Of a DNA stretch of 64,000 bases, positions 8,470 through 17,480 are shown in pieces. The position numbers were made by a program, and so were the translations under genes. Source of the stretch: Candidatus Uhrbacteria bacterium (GTDB lineage Bacteria; Patescibacteriota; Patescibacteriia; UBA9934); contig CALRHD010000004.1 of NCBI GenBank assembly GCA_943359325.1, forward strand, positions 5,836 through 69,835, in the 5' to 3' direction. Under the pieces are notes generated by a model. That model did not search any database. It saw nothing but the letters and a program-made list of their open reading frames with translations, and was not told the origin of the DNA. Within the stretch, counting starts at the first letter, position 1, and the number at the start of each line of letters is the position of its first letter.

Positions 8470-11040
8470 TCACAGGTCGCCCCAATTTTTGCCCACGGCG
8501 ACGTCAACAATAAGGGGGATCTCGAGTGCGACAACATCTGACATCAACCCTGGAATTTCTGCTTGCGCATTTTTTACATCATCTTCATGTACCTCAAACA
8601 CCAATTCATCGTGTACCTGAAGGAGCATCGTGATTCGTAGACTACTTTTTGCAATCCATGTATCAACCCGTTCCATGGCCATTTTAATAATATCGGCCTG
8701 CGCACCCTGAATTGGCATGTTTATCGCCATGCGCTCCGCAGCGGCAACAAGTTGCGGCACACCGCTATTCACGTCGGGTAAATACCTCCGACGCCCAAAC
8801 ATCGTTTGCACAAATTCATCACGATGTGCAGCGATTTTCGTTTCATCGAGATACTCTTGCACGCCATGATGCACAGAAAAATAGCGATCAATGTACTCAC
8901 GCGCTTCGTCAAAACTGACTCCTGCACTTCTTCCGAGCGACCGTGGGCCAATGCCGTACAAAATACCAAAGTTAATCGCTTTCGCCGCAAAGCGCTGGTC
9001 CTTCGTGACTCTTTCTTCGTCAATATCCCACATTTCCGCCGCAGTTCGCCTGTGAATGTCTGCACCGTCCTTAAATGCGCTGAGAAACGCTTCATCTTTC
9101 GCGACAATAGCCGCAAGCCTCAATTCGATTTGTGAATAGTCTGCTGAAAGCAGCACATGGTGTGGCTTCGCAACAAACGCCTTGCGAATTTCTCGCCCAA
9201 GTTCGGTACGGACAGGAATATTCTGCAAATTTGGGTTCGACGACGACAATCGCCCTGTCGCAGCAACACATTGATTAAACTGCGCATGAATTCTTCCATC
9301 CGCCGCAACCAATTTTGGTAATGCATCCGCATAGGTACTTTTCAACTTCGCCAACTCACGATATTCCAAAATCAAAGGAATAATCGCATGACACTCTACA
9401 AGCTTTTCAAGCTCTGGCGCAGCAGTAGAAAAACCTGTTTGTGTTTTTTTTATGCCTTTAGTTGGTATCTTTAAGTCATCAAATAATACCTCTGCAAATT
9501 GCGACGGGGAGTTGATATTAAATTCCTTGCCTGCAAGTTTATGAATCTCTTTCGTTAATTGCTCCAATCGTTCGTCAAATGTTTTTGAAAGCGACGTAAG
9601 CTTTTTGACGTCAACATGAATACCCGCATATTCCATACGGAACAAAATAGGCACAAGCGGCATTTCAATGTCGCTCGCGAGTTTTTCCATACCATCTTTT
9701 TTGAGTCGTACGTGCAGTGCGTCGGAAAGATCAAAAAGGGAAGTGAGCTGTGTTAGGGGCGACACCGCCTCATACCTCAATTCTTGCCGTACAATGTCGG
9801 TAAATGCCACTTCGCGGTCACCTGAAGAAAGGAGATACGCCGCAACCATGACGTCGAAGCATGCTTTCACACTCGGCATGCCTTTTGTTGCATGAGCCAG
9901 GGCGTGCAGCACGCCCTTCACATCGTAGCCAATAATTTCTTCTGTGACTGCAATCTTTTCTGTAATCTCTTTCAGTACACTTTCCGACGGATGCTCGGCA
10001 CAAAACATACGCTCACCATCAAAAATCCCCACCCATTCGACAGACCCACCGAACAAATCTGCTGCCTTCGGCACAAGCACAACTGCAATTCGCCTACCAG
10101 AAATTTCACCTAGAGGAGTTTTACGCACCGCACTTTTCATTCCCTTCTTTTCTCCTTCCTCTGACCCGCCCTCATACTTCTTCAATAACACCTTAAACTC
10201 TAAATCCCTCAACAACGGCAAAAGCAGAACAAGATTCGGCGTACCAACCGCTGCTTTCGATACATCAAAATCCATCAGGTCAACATCGCGAACGATTGTC
10301 ACCAGTCGACGCATCTGCTCTGCCAATTTTTCCTGCCCCTCAAGCTTCTTTGTAAACTTGGCGGGCACGTCACCCTTTTTCAGTGCGGCAAAAATTTTTT
10401 CAACGCTCCCAAACTGTTGCATTAAACTTGTCGCTGACTTTTCACCGAGGCCGCGAATCCCAGGAATGTTGTCGGATGTGTCACCGAGCATGGTCTTTAG
10501 GTCAATAAGTTGCGGAGGCAGCAGCCCATACTTCTTTTGCACCGCATCAACGTCGTACGTTGCGGTCTCTGAAAGTCCTTTCACGAAAAACACCACCTTC
10601 GTGTGGTCGTCGACCAACTGCAGCAAGTCTCTATCGCCTGTCACAATCAACGTCTCGTAGTCTTTTTTTGCGTTGTGGCTCGCAAGCGTACCAATAACGT
10701 CGTCGGCCTCAAACCCCTCAGCCGAAAGCGATGGAATACCGTATGCACGCAGAACCTCCTGAATAATCGGGATCTGGTCGTACAGCTCCTGTGCCTTTTT
10801 TTCGCGATGCGCCTTATACGGGGTAAATTCGTTGTGGCGAAACGTCGGCCCTTCCAAATCCCATGCGACTGCCATGAAGTCAGGAGAAAACATGCGCAAC
10901 ATTTTGTCGACGACATTCGTAAAGCCATAAGCGGCATTCACCATACGTCCGTCTTTTGTGGTGAGCGGCGGAACAGCATGCCACGCACGGTGCAAAAGGG
11001 CATTACCGTCGAGGATAAGGAATGTTTTTCGGTCAGTCAT
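8470..11040 (-). CDS. polA: DNA polymerase I
   Basis: 5'-3' exonuclease motifs (LDGNALLHRAWHA, EADDVIG, GDTSDNIPG); polymerase motifs ADYSQIELR, AKAINFGILYG, QVHDEL; start MTDRK. Confidence 0.97.
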   Translation of the reverse strand: MTDRKTFLILDGNALLHRAWHAVPPLTTKDGRMVNAAYGFTNVVDKMLRMFSPDFMAVAWDLEGPTFRHNEFTPYKAHREKKAQELYDQIPIIQEVLRAYGIPSLSAEGFEADDVIGTLASHNAKKDYETLIVTGDRDLLQLVDDHTKVVFFVKGLSETATYDVDAVQKKYGLLPPQLIDLKTMLGDTSDNIPGIRGLGEKSATSLMQQFGSVEKIFAALKKGDVPAKFTKKLEGQEKLAEQMRRLVTIVRDVDLMDFDVSKAAVGTPNLVLLLPLLRDLEFKVLLKKYEGGSEEGEKKGMKSAVRKTPLGEISGRRIAVVLVPKAADLFGGSVEWVGIFDGERMFCAEHPSESVLKEITEKIAVTEEIIGYDVKGVLHALAHATKGMPSVKACFDVMVAAYLLSSGDREVAFTDIVRQELRYEAVSPLTQLTSLFDLSDALHVRLKKDGMEKLASDIEMPLVPILFRMEYAGIHVDVKKLTSLSKTFDERLEQLTKEIHKLAGKEFNINSPSQFAEVLFDDLKIPTKGIKKTQTGFSTAAPELEKLVECHAIIPLILEYRELAKLKSTYADALPKLVAADGRIHAQFNQCVAATGRLSSSNPNLQNIPVRTELGREIRKAFVAKPHHVLLSADYSQIELRLAAIVAKDEAFLSAFKDGADIHRRTAAEMWDIDEERVTKDQRFAAKAINFGILYGIGPRSLGRSAGVSFDEAREYIDRYFSVHHGVQEYLDETKIAAHRDEFVQTMFGRRRYLPDVNSGVPQLVAAAERMAINMPIQGAQADIIKMAMERVDTWIAKSSLRITMLLQVHDELVFEVHEDDVKNAQAEIPGLMSDVVALEIPLIVDVAVGKNWGDL

Positions 11041-11119
11041 ACGGAAACATTGTAGCAGATAAAACAAGACGCCCGCCCAACCCCGAAGGATTGAGCGAGC
11101 GAGTTTTGTAGCGCGAGAG

Positions 11120-12022
11120 CTACTTGGCGGTAGCGCCGGTCGACGGGCTGTCTTGGACACGAAGGGCGAAGACGTCACGCCAGGCCAAGCCGGTCTGGAG
11201 CGTCGTCTTGCCGCTGCTCGTGTCGAAGCCGATCAGGCCGATCTTCTTCGTGACGCGTCCATCCGAGCCGAGGCTCGCGAAGGGGAGTGCATCACCGACG
11301 ACATCGTCCTGATGAGCACTGGCGTTGACGAGAAGCTTGTCACCGCTCTGCTCGGCGGTCACAGTCGTCTTCGTGTTCAGGTCGACGTAGCCCATGATGA
11401 GCTCGGCGTTCTGATTCGCGAAGCGCGGCGCGAGGATCGCGTTCTTCGGCACGTCGAGCGTGTCGGTCGAAAACTCGATCTGTCGATTGTCGACGATCGT
11501 CTGCATGACAACCCCGATTTCCATCTGCCCGAGCGTATCGGCGTAGCGGATGGCCATCTTGCCATTCTCGAGCGGCTGGAAGCCTTCAACGCCGGAACGC
11601 GCCGTCGCGTCGTAGGCGGTCCACGTCTTACCGTGAACATTCACGAACATCGTGATCGTCTTTCGGTAGGTCTGGTCCATCACGCCGGCAGTGGCGAAAT
11701 GGAAGCCCGTCGTGTGGAGCTGCGTGAGAACGCGGGCGAAATCGTTGATCTCGTCCTCATTCATTTGCAGTGCGTCGATGACGTTCTGGTTCTGCACGAA
11801 CAGCACCTTTCGATGGCCGTCGTCGATTGCCATGTAGGACACATCTACTTCCTTGAAGCCGTCCTTGACCGGACCCGAGTTGTCCTCGAGCTTGTAGAGG
11901 ATGGTGCCCGTCTGCTGGTCGCGACCGACCGCAACACGCATCTTTTTCTGCGCGGTGAAGATGTTGCTGTTGTCGTTCTCGAGGAAGCCGATGAGGGCGA
12001 TGGCGGTGAGAATGAGTTTCAT
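11120..12022 (-). CDS. Orphan protein with strongly GC3-biased codons
   Basis: SD AGGAG before ATG 12022; downstream terminator-like hairpin at about 11069-11102; no recognisable family. Confidence 0.75.
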   Translation of the reverse strand: MKLILTAIALIGFLENDNSNIFTAQKKMRVAVGRDQQTGTILYKLEDNSGPVKDGFKEVDVSYMAIDDGHRKVLFVQNQNVIDALQMNEDEINDFARVLTQLHTTGFHFATAGVMDQTYRKTITMFVNVHGKTWTAYDATARSGVEGFQPLENGKMAIRYADTLGQMEIGVVMQTIVDNRQIEFSTDTLDVPKNAILAPRFANQNAELIMGYVDLNTKTTVTAEQSGDKLLVNASAHQDDVVGDALPFASLGSDGRVTKKIGLIGFDTSSGKTTLQTGLAWRDVFALRVQDSPSTGATAK

Positions 12023-12211
12023 GATTGACTCCTGTAAAGCACCAACCTGAGTGGCTGGCTGTCGTACACGCTGGTACGAACGAGCGAAATTATGCCTGAG
12101 GAACAAAATCGTGTCAAACTCTCCATCCCCAACTCAATAAAAAACATAGCGAATACTTGCGAAAAAACACCAAAAATGCTACAATCGGCAAGCAAAAATC
12201 CTCTTTCTCGT

Positions 12212-12288
12212 GCCCTGATAGCTCAGTTGGATAGAGCAGGGGACTTCTAAGCCCAAGGTCGATGGTTCGATCCCATCTCAGGGCACCA
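12212..12288 (+). tRNA. tRNA-Arg(TCT)
   Basis: GCCCTGA...TCAGGGC-ACCA; anticodon loop CTTCTAA. Confidence 0.92.
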
Positions 12289-12345
12289 GAAAGGGGATTC
12301 ATTTGCCAACACTCATTTTTTTGCTACTATTGCGGCTGCAAACAT

Positions 12346-12421
12346 GGCGGTCATGGTGTAACGGTTAGCACTGAAGATTGTGGATCTTCCGGCGTGGGTT
12401 CAACTCCCACTGGTCGCCCCA
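12346..12421 (+). tRNA. tRNA-His(GTG)
   Basis: G-1, anticodon arm GAAGA-TTGTGGA-TCTTC, C73 and CCA. Confidence 0.95.
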
Positions 12422-12453
12422 AAAAAGAACCTCCCGAGTGGAGGTTCTTTTTT
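12421..12453. terminator. Bidirectional terminator between tRNA-His and xer
   Basis: AAAAAAGAACCTCC-CGAGT-GGAGGTTCTTTTTT. Confidence 0.85.
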
Positions 12454-12467
12454 ATGCCGAGACTGGT

Positions 12468-13385
12468 TTATTCTCCCTTTCCATGAAACTCCTTGTACAC
12501 CCGCTTGAGTTCTTTGTCGGTAATGTGGGTATAGACCTGCGTCGTCGTAATAGATGAGTGACCAAGGAGCGATTGGACACTGCGAATGTCGGCGCCGTTG
12601 CGAAGGAGATCGGTGGCGTAGGTGTGGCGAAGGGTATGAGGAGTGACGCGCTTGGTGATGCCTGCGCCGCGAGAATAGTGATCGACGAGACGTTGAATAG
12701 AGCGCGAGGTGAGTGGTGCAGCGGCAACGCCCATCTGCGCTCTGTCGTGACGCACAAACAAGTACGGTGATACATCAACACGCTTGGCAAGATATGACTT
12801 TATTGCCTGGCGTGCAGGCTCCGACAAAAATACAATCCGATGTTTACTGCCCTTACCCTTTACCGTAAATTCATCTTGTTTTAAATTCACCTGCTCAATT
12901 GGCAAGTTCGCCAACTCCGACACACGTAAGCCTGTCGAAAATAAGAGTTCAAGAATTGCACTATCGCGAAGCCCAACAATGCTCATGTCTTTTGCAGGCA
13001 GTGCGAGCATTCTCTTCAACTCGTCGGATTCAAGAAAACTTACGTGTCGCGATTCTTGTTTCGCAAGCTCAATCTTTTCCGCTGACAATGACTCAACGTC
13101 ACGCTTCGCTAAGTATTTTAAAAATGCACGAAGCGCGATAAGGTGATAATTCTGCGTATTCTTTTGCAACGTCGCTTCCTCGCGACCAGTAATGCTGCGA
13201 TTAAGGTAGAGTCGAAATCGTCGTACCTGTTCCTCGGTAATTCCTTTTGGCGACACGATTCCCGCCCACGAAAGAAATCGGTGAATATAAAAATGATAAT
13301 TTCGTACTGTTTGCGGCGTTCGACCGCGCTCTATTTCAAGGTAGTCGAGAAACTGTTGAAGATAACGGTCGATCGAAGACGCCAT
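12468..13385 (-). CDS. Tyrosine recombinase, XerC/XerD family
   Basis: TGLRVSEL, GKGSKHR, TPHTLRHTYAT, LLGH and TTQVYTH catalytic motifs. Confidence 0.92.
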   Translation of the reverse strand: MASSIDRYLQQFLDYLEIERGRTPQTVRNYHFYIHRFLSWAGIVSPKGITEEQVRRFRLYLNRSITGREEATLQKNTQNYHLIALRAFLKYLAKRDVESLSAEKIELAKQESRHVSFLESDELKRMLALPAKDMSIVGLRDSAILELLFSTGLRVSELANLPIEQVNLKQDEFTVKGKGSKHRIVFLSEPARQAIKSYLAKRVDVSPYLFVRHDRAQMGVAAAPLTSRSIQRLVDHYSRGAGITKRVTPHTLRHTYATDLLRNGADIRSVQSLLGHSSITTTQVYTHITDKELKRVYKEFHGKGE

Positions 13386-13442
13386 ACGCGAACAGTATAC
13401 TCTTGATTTTACATCAGCTCACTATATGTTACAGTAACATAT

Positions 13443-13729
13443 ATGAAATCAACCATCTCATATTCGCTTCCTGTCACAATTTTCCGCGAGGGGGGGCATT
13501 TGTTGCATATACTCCTTCGCTCGATTTATCATCCACAGGAAAAACTGAAAAGGCAGCAAGGCGAATGTTTGCAGAAGCCGTTGAAGCATTTTTTGAAGAG
13601 CTGGAAGCGATGGGTACCATGGACGCGGTATTAAAAAGTTTAGGTTGGACGAAGTCGAAGGGAAAGTTTGTGCCGCCACAGGTTGTTGAGCAATCGCTTA
13701 TGAATATTATGGTCCCCGCTTTCGCATAG
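13443..13729 (+). pseudogene. HicB-like antitoxin, frameshifted at a G7 tract
   Basis: MKSTISYSLPVTIFREGG continues as AFVAYTPSLDLSSTGKTEKAARRMFAEAVEAFFEE in another frame; the junction is GGGGGGG at 13490-13496. Confidence 0.8.
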
Positions 13730-13789
13730 TATTTATGGGAGATTTCGGATCAGAGTGATAATAATAAACAGAGCCTGTGCAAATCTCCG

Positions 13790-13817
13790 TTGACCCAAAC
13801 TGTACTCCTGCTATGAT
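13790..13817 (+). promoter_or_regulatory. Sigma70-like promoter (TTGACC-16-TATGAT, extended -10 TG)
   Basis: Consensus match; followed by two hairpins and a U-tract at 13857-13892. Confidence 0.5.
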
Positions 13818-13895
13818 AGCTCGCGTTACATCGACTCACATCTGAGTCGGCCAATAGATCGTGGTCACCATGCTTGACCACGATCTTTTGTTAAA

Positions 13896-14022
13896 CAGAA
13901 CTTCCCCAGTTGGCCTATTTTCGACTCACGACATCACAAACTTCCTCACCGTACCGATTACAGTACGCCTCGGAAGCTTTGCTCGTCATTCATCGAAACT
14001 AGTCTCAACTGAAAAAGTTCTG
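13896..14022. ncRNA. Candidate rod-shaped structured RNA (about 127 nt)
   Basis: Nested complementary segments CAGAACTT/AAGTTCTG, CAGTTG/CAACTG, TTTCGA/TCGAAA, ACGA/TCGT, CTTCC/GGAAG, CGTAC/GTACG. Confidence 0.45.
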
Positions 14023-14038
14023 ATAGCTCGTGAGAAAG

Positions 14039-14152
14039 TTGACGAAAACGCAAGCGTTCGCTATAGTCCGACCGTAATTCATACGGCTGTTCGTGGGGGC
14101 TGAGGGAGTTCAGCAACCCATACCTCCTGCGAGACAGATGATTTGTCAGACT
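14039..14152 (+). promoter_or_regulatory. rpsO promoter (TTGACG-17-TATAGT) and structured leader, candidate S15 autoregulatory site
   Basis: Promoter at 14039-14067; hairpin CTGTTCGTGGGGG...CCTCCTGCGAGACAG at 14087-14137. Confidence 0.55.
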
Positions 14153-14443
14153 ATGCTGAGCAAGAAACAAAAAGAGGGTATTATCAAAAAGTACGGCACA
14201 CATGCGTCCGACACTGGTTCGCCACAAGTACAAATCGCCATTCTCACCAAAGAAGTCGAAGAATTGACGAAGCACTTGAAGGGTCACCGTAAGGACTTCA
14301 GCTCACGCCGCGGACTCATTAAAAAAGTTTCGGAACGTCGCCGCTTGCTCAAATATTTGGAGCGCGAAGATGAAAAAGCGTTTGCAAGCATTGTCGCCGA
14401 CCTCGGCCTCAAAGCACAACAAGCAAGCGCAAAAATCGTATAA
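14153..14443 (+). CDS. rpsO: 30S ribosomal protein S15
   Basis: DTGSPQVQIAILT...HRKDFSSRRGL...RRRLLKYL. Confidence 0.97.
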   Translation: MLSKKQKEGIIKKYGTHASDTGSPQVQIAILTKEVEELTKHLKGHRKDFSSRRGLIKKVSERRRLLKYLEREDEKAFASIVADLGLKAQQASAKIV

Positions 14444-14511
14444 GTTTTTCCACACACCTCGCTCCGTGCGAGGTGTTGCGGTATACTGTCCTCAACATTT
14501 TTTTTTACGAT

Positions 14512-15189
14512 ATGCTCAACACTTCACAACGCCGCATTGGCGTGTTTATCGACATACAGAACATGTACTACAGCGCTCGAAACATTTACGGGCAGAAGGT
14601 CAATTTTCTGAACATCGTCAAAGCTGCAGCAGGCGACCAGCAACTTATTCGCGCTATTGCATACTGCGTTTCCACGAAAGGTGGCGACGAGCTCGCGTTT
14701 TTTGAAGCACTCCATTCCGTCGGCATTGAAGTCATGACGAAGGAACTGCTCGAATACGATTCAGGACACAAAAAAGGGGATTGGGATGTAGGGATCGCTA
14801 TCGACGTTGTACGCATGTGCGACATGTTTGACGTCGTTGTGCTCGTGTCGGGCGACGGCGACTATGTCCCTGTCGGCGAATATGTGAAGAGTCGCGGCCG
14901 TATTTTCCAAGTTATGTCGTTCCGTGAGTCAACATCCACAAGGCTCGTCGATTTTGCTGATGTGTACACAAACCTTTCCGACGACAAGGGTCGTTACCTC
15001 ATGGCAGCCTCCGGTCGCTCCCGTCCTGCAAAACATGGCGAAGCAAGCATTGACTTGACCGCAGTCGAAGACGAAGCAGGCGCTGCAGCACCAAAAAAGC
15101 CTGTTGTCGCCAAGAAAGCAACCGCTCCAGACGAAAAAGAAAAGGTCGACCAAGCACGCAAGCCACGCCGCTACAATCGTCATAAATAG
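14512..15189 (+). CDS. NYN domain (LabA/DUF88) protein
   Basis: VFIDIQNMYY, KKGDWDVGIAID and LVSGDGDY motifs. Confidence 0.9.
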   Translation: MLNTSQRRIGVFIDIQNMYYSARNIYGQKVNFLNIVKAAAGDQQLIRAIAYCVSTKGGDELAFFEALHSVGIEVMTKELLEYDSGHKKGDWDVGIAIDVVRMCDMFDVVVLVSGDGDYVPVGEYVKSRGRIFQVMSFRESTSTRLVDFADVYTNLSDDKGRYLMAASGRSRPAKHGEASIDLTAVEDEAGAAAPKKPVVAKKATAPDEKEKVDQARKPRRYNRHK

Positions 15190-15307
15190 TTGACATATCA
15201 TCATCGAACCTGTTCGATGATGCTTGTTACTTATTTATAACCTCGGCCCGGGACATCGAGATCTTCGCAATATAGCGAGAGCTCTTGTGCCTCGGGCGGA
15301 AAAAACT

Positions 15308-17476
15308 ATGCAAACACAGCGTTTTGCAATCGATTTTGGCGGAAAACCGCTTACGATTGAAGTTGGCAAATTCGCCAGCGCCGCCAACGGAAGCTGCACA
15401 GTGCAGTACGGAAACACCGTCGTGCTCGCCACGGCAGTGATTTCGAAAGACATTCGCCCTGGCATGGGATTCTTCCCGCTCATGGTCGATTTTGAAGAAA
15501 AACTCTACGCCGCAGGCCGTATTAAGGGTTCACGGTTTATTAAACGCGAAGGCCGACCGACAGACGAAGCCGTGCTCAACGCTCGCTTCATCGACCGCGC
15601 CATTCGCCCGCTTTTCGACCAACATATTCAAAATGACGTGCAAGTCATCGTCACCGTCCTCGCATTCGATGGCGAAAATGACGCCGACATTCCTGGCCTC
15701 ATTGGTGCGTCGTGTGCGCTCCACATGTCCGACATTCCGTGGAATGGCCCGATTGCCGCAGTGCGTGTGAACAACGTCGACGAAAAGCTGATCGTCAACG
15801 GAACGTATGCACAGCGTGATGCGAGCACATTCGACGTCGACGTTGCGGGAACGGCCGAGAAAGTCATCATGATGGAAGCAAGCGCAAAGGAAGCACCAGA
15901 GTCTGTGGTACTCGACGCAATTGTTTTCGGGCGCAGTCAGTTGCAGCCCGTGATTGATCTTATCGAAACCGTTCGTAAAACAGTCGGCAAAGAAAAACGT
16001 GATCTTCTCACACCGAAAACCGATGCAGAACGTGCGACCGCAGTACATCGTGCAGAAATTATCACAAAAGCGGAGAGCAAGATCACGCTGCTTGTTGACG
16101 AGCTCATGTTTGGCGCGCCAAAAGCAAGTAAAACAGAACGTGCAGTTGCAAAGGACGAAATGAAGAAACGACTTGTCGACGCACTGAAGGCAGAAGAAAT
16201 GTCCGATGACGATATCAAAATCGCAACAGGACGCATTGGTGACGTCATTGACCGCGAAGTGACGCGAATGATTTTGGACAAGGGTACGCGCGTTGACGGT
16301 CGCGGCATCGACGAAGTGCGGCCGCTTTCTGCAGAGGTTGGCGTGTTGCCATGCGTGCATGGTTCTGGGCTATTTATGCGCGGCGAAACGCAGGTGCTCT
16401 CTGTGGTGACACTCGGCGCGCCGGGCGACAAGCAGACACTCGACGGCATGGAAATTGTCGGAGAAAAACGCTACATGCACCACTACAATTTTCCACCATT
16501 CTCGGTTGGTGAGGCAAAACCACTTCGCGGTGCGGGACGCCGCGAAATTGGCCATGGTGCACTTGCAGAAAAGGCACTGGGCAACATGATTCCCCCGAAA
16601 GAGTCATTTCCATACGCAATTCGCGTTGTTTCTGAGGTATTCGGCAGCAATGGATCAAGTTCGATGGGTGCAACGTGTGGGAGTAGCTTGGCGCTCATGG
16701 ATGCAGGTGTGCAGATTGCAAACCCCGTTGCAGGCATTGCAATGGGTCTTGCGAGCGACGGAACACGTTATAAAGTCATTACCGACCTGCAGGATTTGGA
16801 AGACGGCGAGGGTGGCATGGACTTCAAAATTACGGGTACAGAAAATGGCATCACCGCTATTCAGCTCGACACGAAAACCGATGGACTTCCGCACGACGTT
16901 GTTGTTGAGACTATTACAAAAGGTCGCGTTGCACGCCTCACCGTGCTCGACGTTATGAAAAAAGCGATCGCTGCACCACGGCCAGAGCTGTCGCCAAACG
17001 CGCCACGGATTATTACCATCATGATCCACCCTGACAAAATTCGCGAAGTTATCGGCCCGGGTGGTAAAATGATTAACGAAATTATCGCAAAGACTGGTGT
17101 CACCACAATCGACATCGAGCAGGACGGACTCGTGATGATTACATCCAAAGATGGTGTGTCCGCAGAAGCGGCGAAGCAATGGGTCGCCAATCTCACACAC
17201 GACGTTGCTGCAGGCGATGTGTACGAAGGCGAGGTAGTGCGACTCATGGAGTTCGGTGCATTCGTGAACATTTTGCCCGGTAAAGACGGCCTTGTACATG
17301 TTTCCGAACTTGCACCATGGCGTGTCGAGAAAGTCACCGACATCGTGAAGCTCGGCGATAAAGTCAAAGTGAAGGTTATTGAAATCGACGACAAAGGTCG
17401 CACGAATCTTTCCATGAAACAGGCAGAGGGCAATGTGTATCCTGAACGCACGGGAAAACCAGCACCAAAAGCATAG
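15308..17476 (+). CDS. pnp: Polyribonucleotide nucleotidyltransferase (PNPase)
   Basis: FFPLMVDFEEK, RREIGHG, SNGSSSM and MDFK motifs; KH and S1 domains; start MQTQR. Confidence 0.97.
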   Translation: MQTQRFAIDFGGKPLTIEVGKFASAANGSCTVQYGNTVVLATAVISKDIRPGMGFFPLMVDFEEKLYAAGRIKGSRFIKREGRPTDEAVLNARFIDRAIRPLFDQHIQNDVQVIVTVLAFDGENDADIPGLIGASCALHMSDIPWNGPIAAVRVNNVDEKLIVNGTYAQRDASTFDVDVAGTAEKVIMMEASAKEAPESVVLDAIVFGRSQLQPVIDLIETVRKTVGKEKRDLLTPKTDAERATAVHRAEIITKAESKITLLVDELMFGAPKASKTERAVAKDEMKKRLVDALKAEEMSDDDIKIATGRIGDVIDREVTRMILDKGTRVDGRGIDEVRPLSAEVGVLPCVHGSGLFMRGETQVLSVVTLGAPGDKQTLDGMEIVGEKRYMHHYNFPPFSVGEAKPLRGAGRREIGHGALAEKALGNMIPPKESFPYAIRVVSEVFGSNGSSSMGATCGSSLALMDAGVQIANPVAGIAMGLASDGTRYKVITDLQDLEDGEGGMDFKITGTENGITAIQLDTKTDGLPHDVVVETITKGRVARLTVLDVMKKAIAAPRPELSPNAPRIITIMIHPDKIREVIGPGGKMINEIIAKTGVTTIDIEQDGLVMITSKDGVSAEAAKQWVANLTHDVAAGDVYEGEVVRLMEFGAFVNILPGKDGLVHVSELAPWRVEKVTDIVKLGDKVKVKVIEIDDKGRTNLSMKQAEGNVYPERTGKPAPKA

Positions 17477-17480
17477 GCAC

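Noticed and set aside
11153-12028. 291-aa antisense ORF, and similar ones at 2022-2702, 16655-17623 and 49416-50342
   Set aside because: Shadow frames caused by codon bias of the real genes on the opposite strand.
12468-13385. Tyrosine recombinase next to tRNA-His as a prophage or island integrase
   Set aside because: Size and motifs fit a housekeeping XerC/D; I found no duplicated tRNA-His end and no phage genes.
14055-14110. TATAGTCC (group I intron-like) and GGGGCTGA (tmRNA-like) motifs
   Set aside because: No matching intron core or tmRNA 3' end; TATAGT is better explained as the rpsO -10 box.
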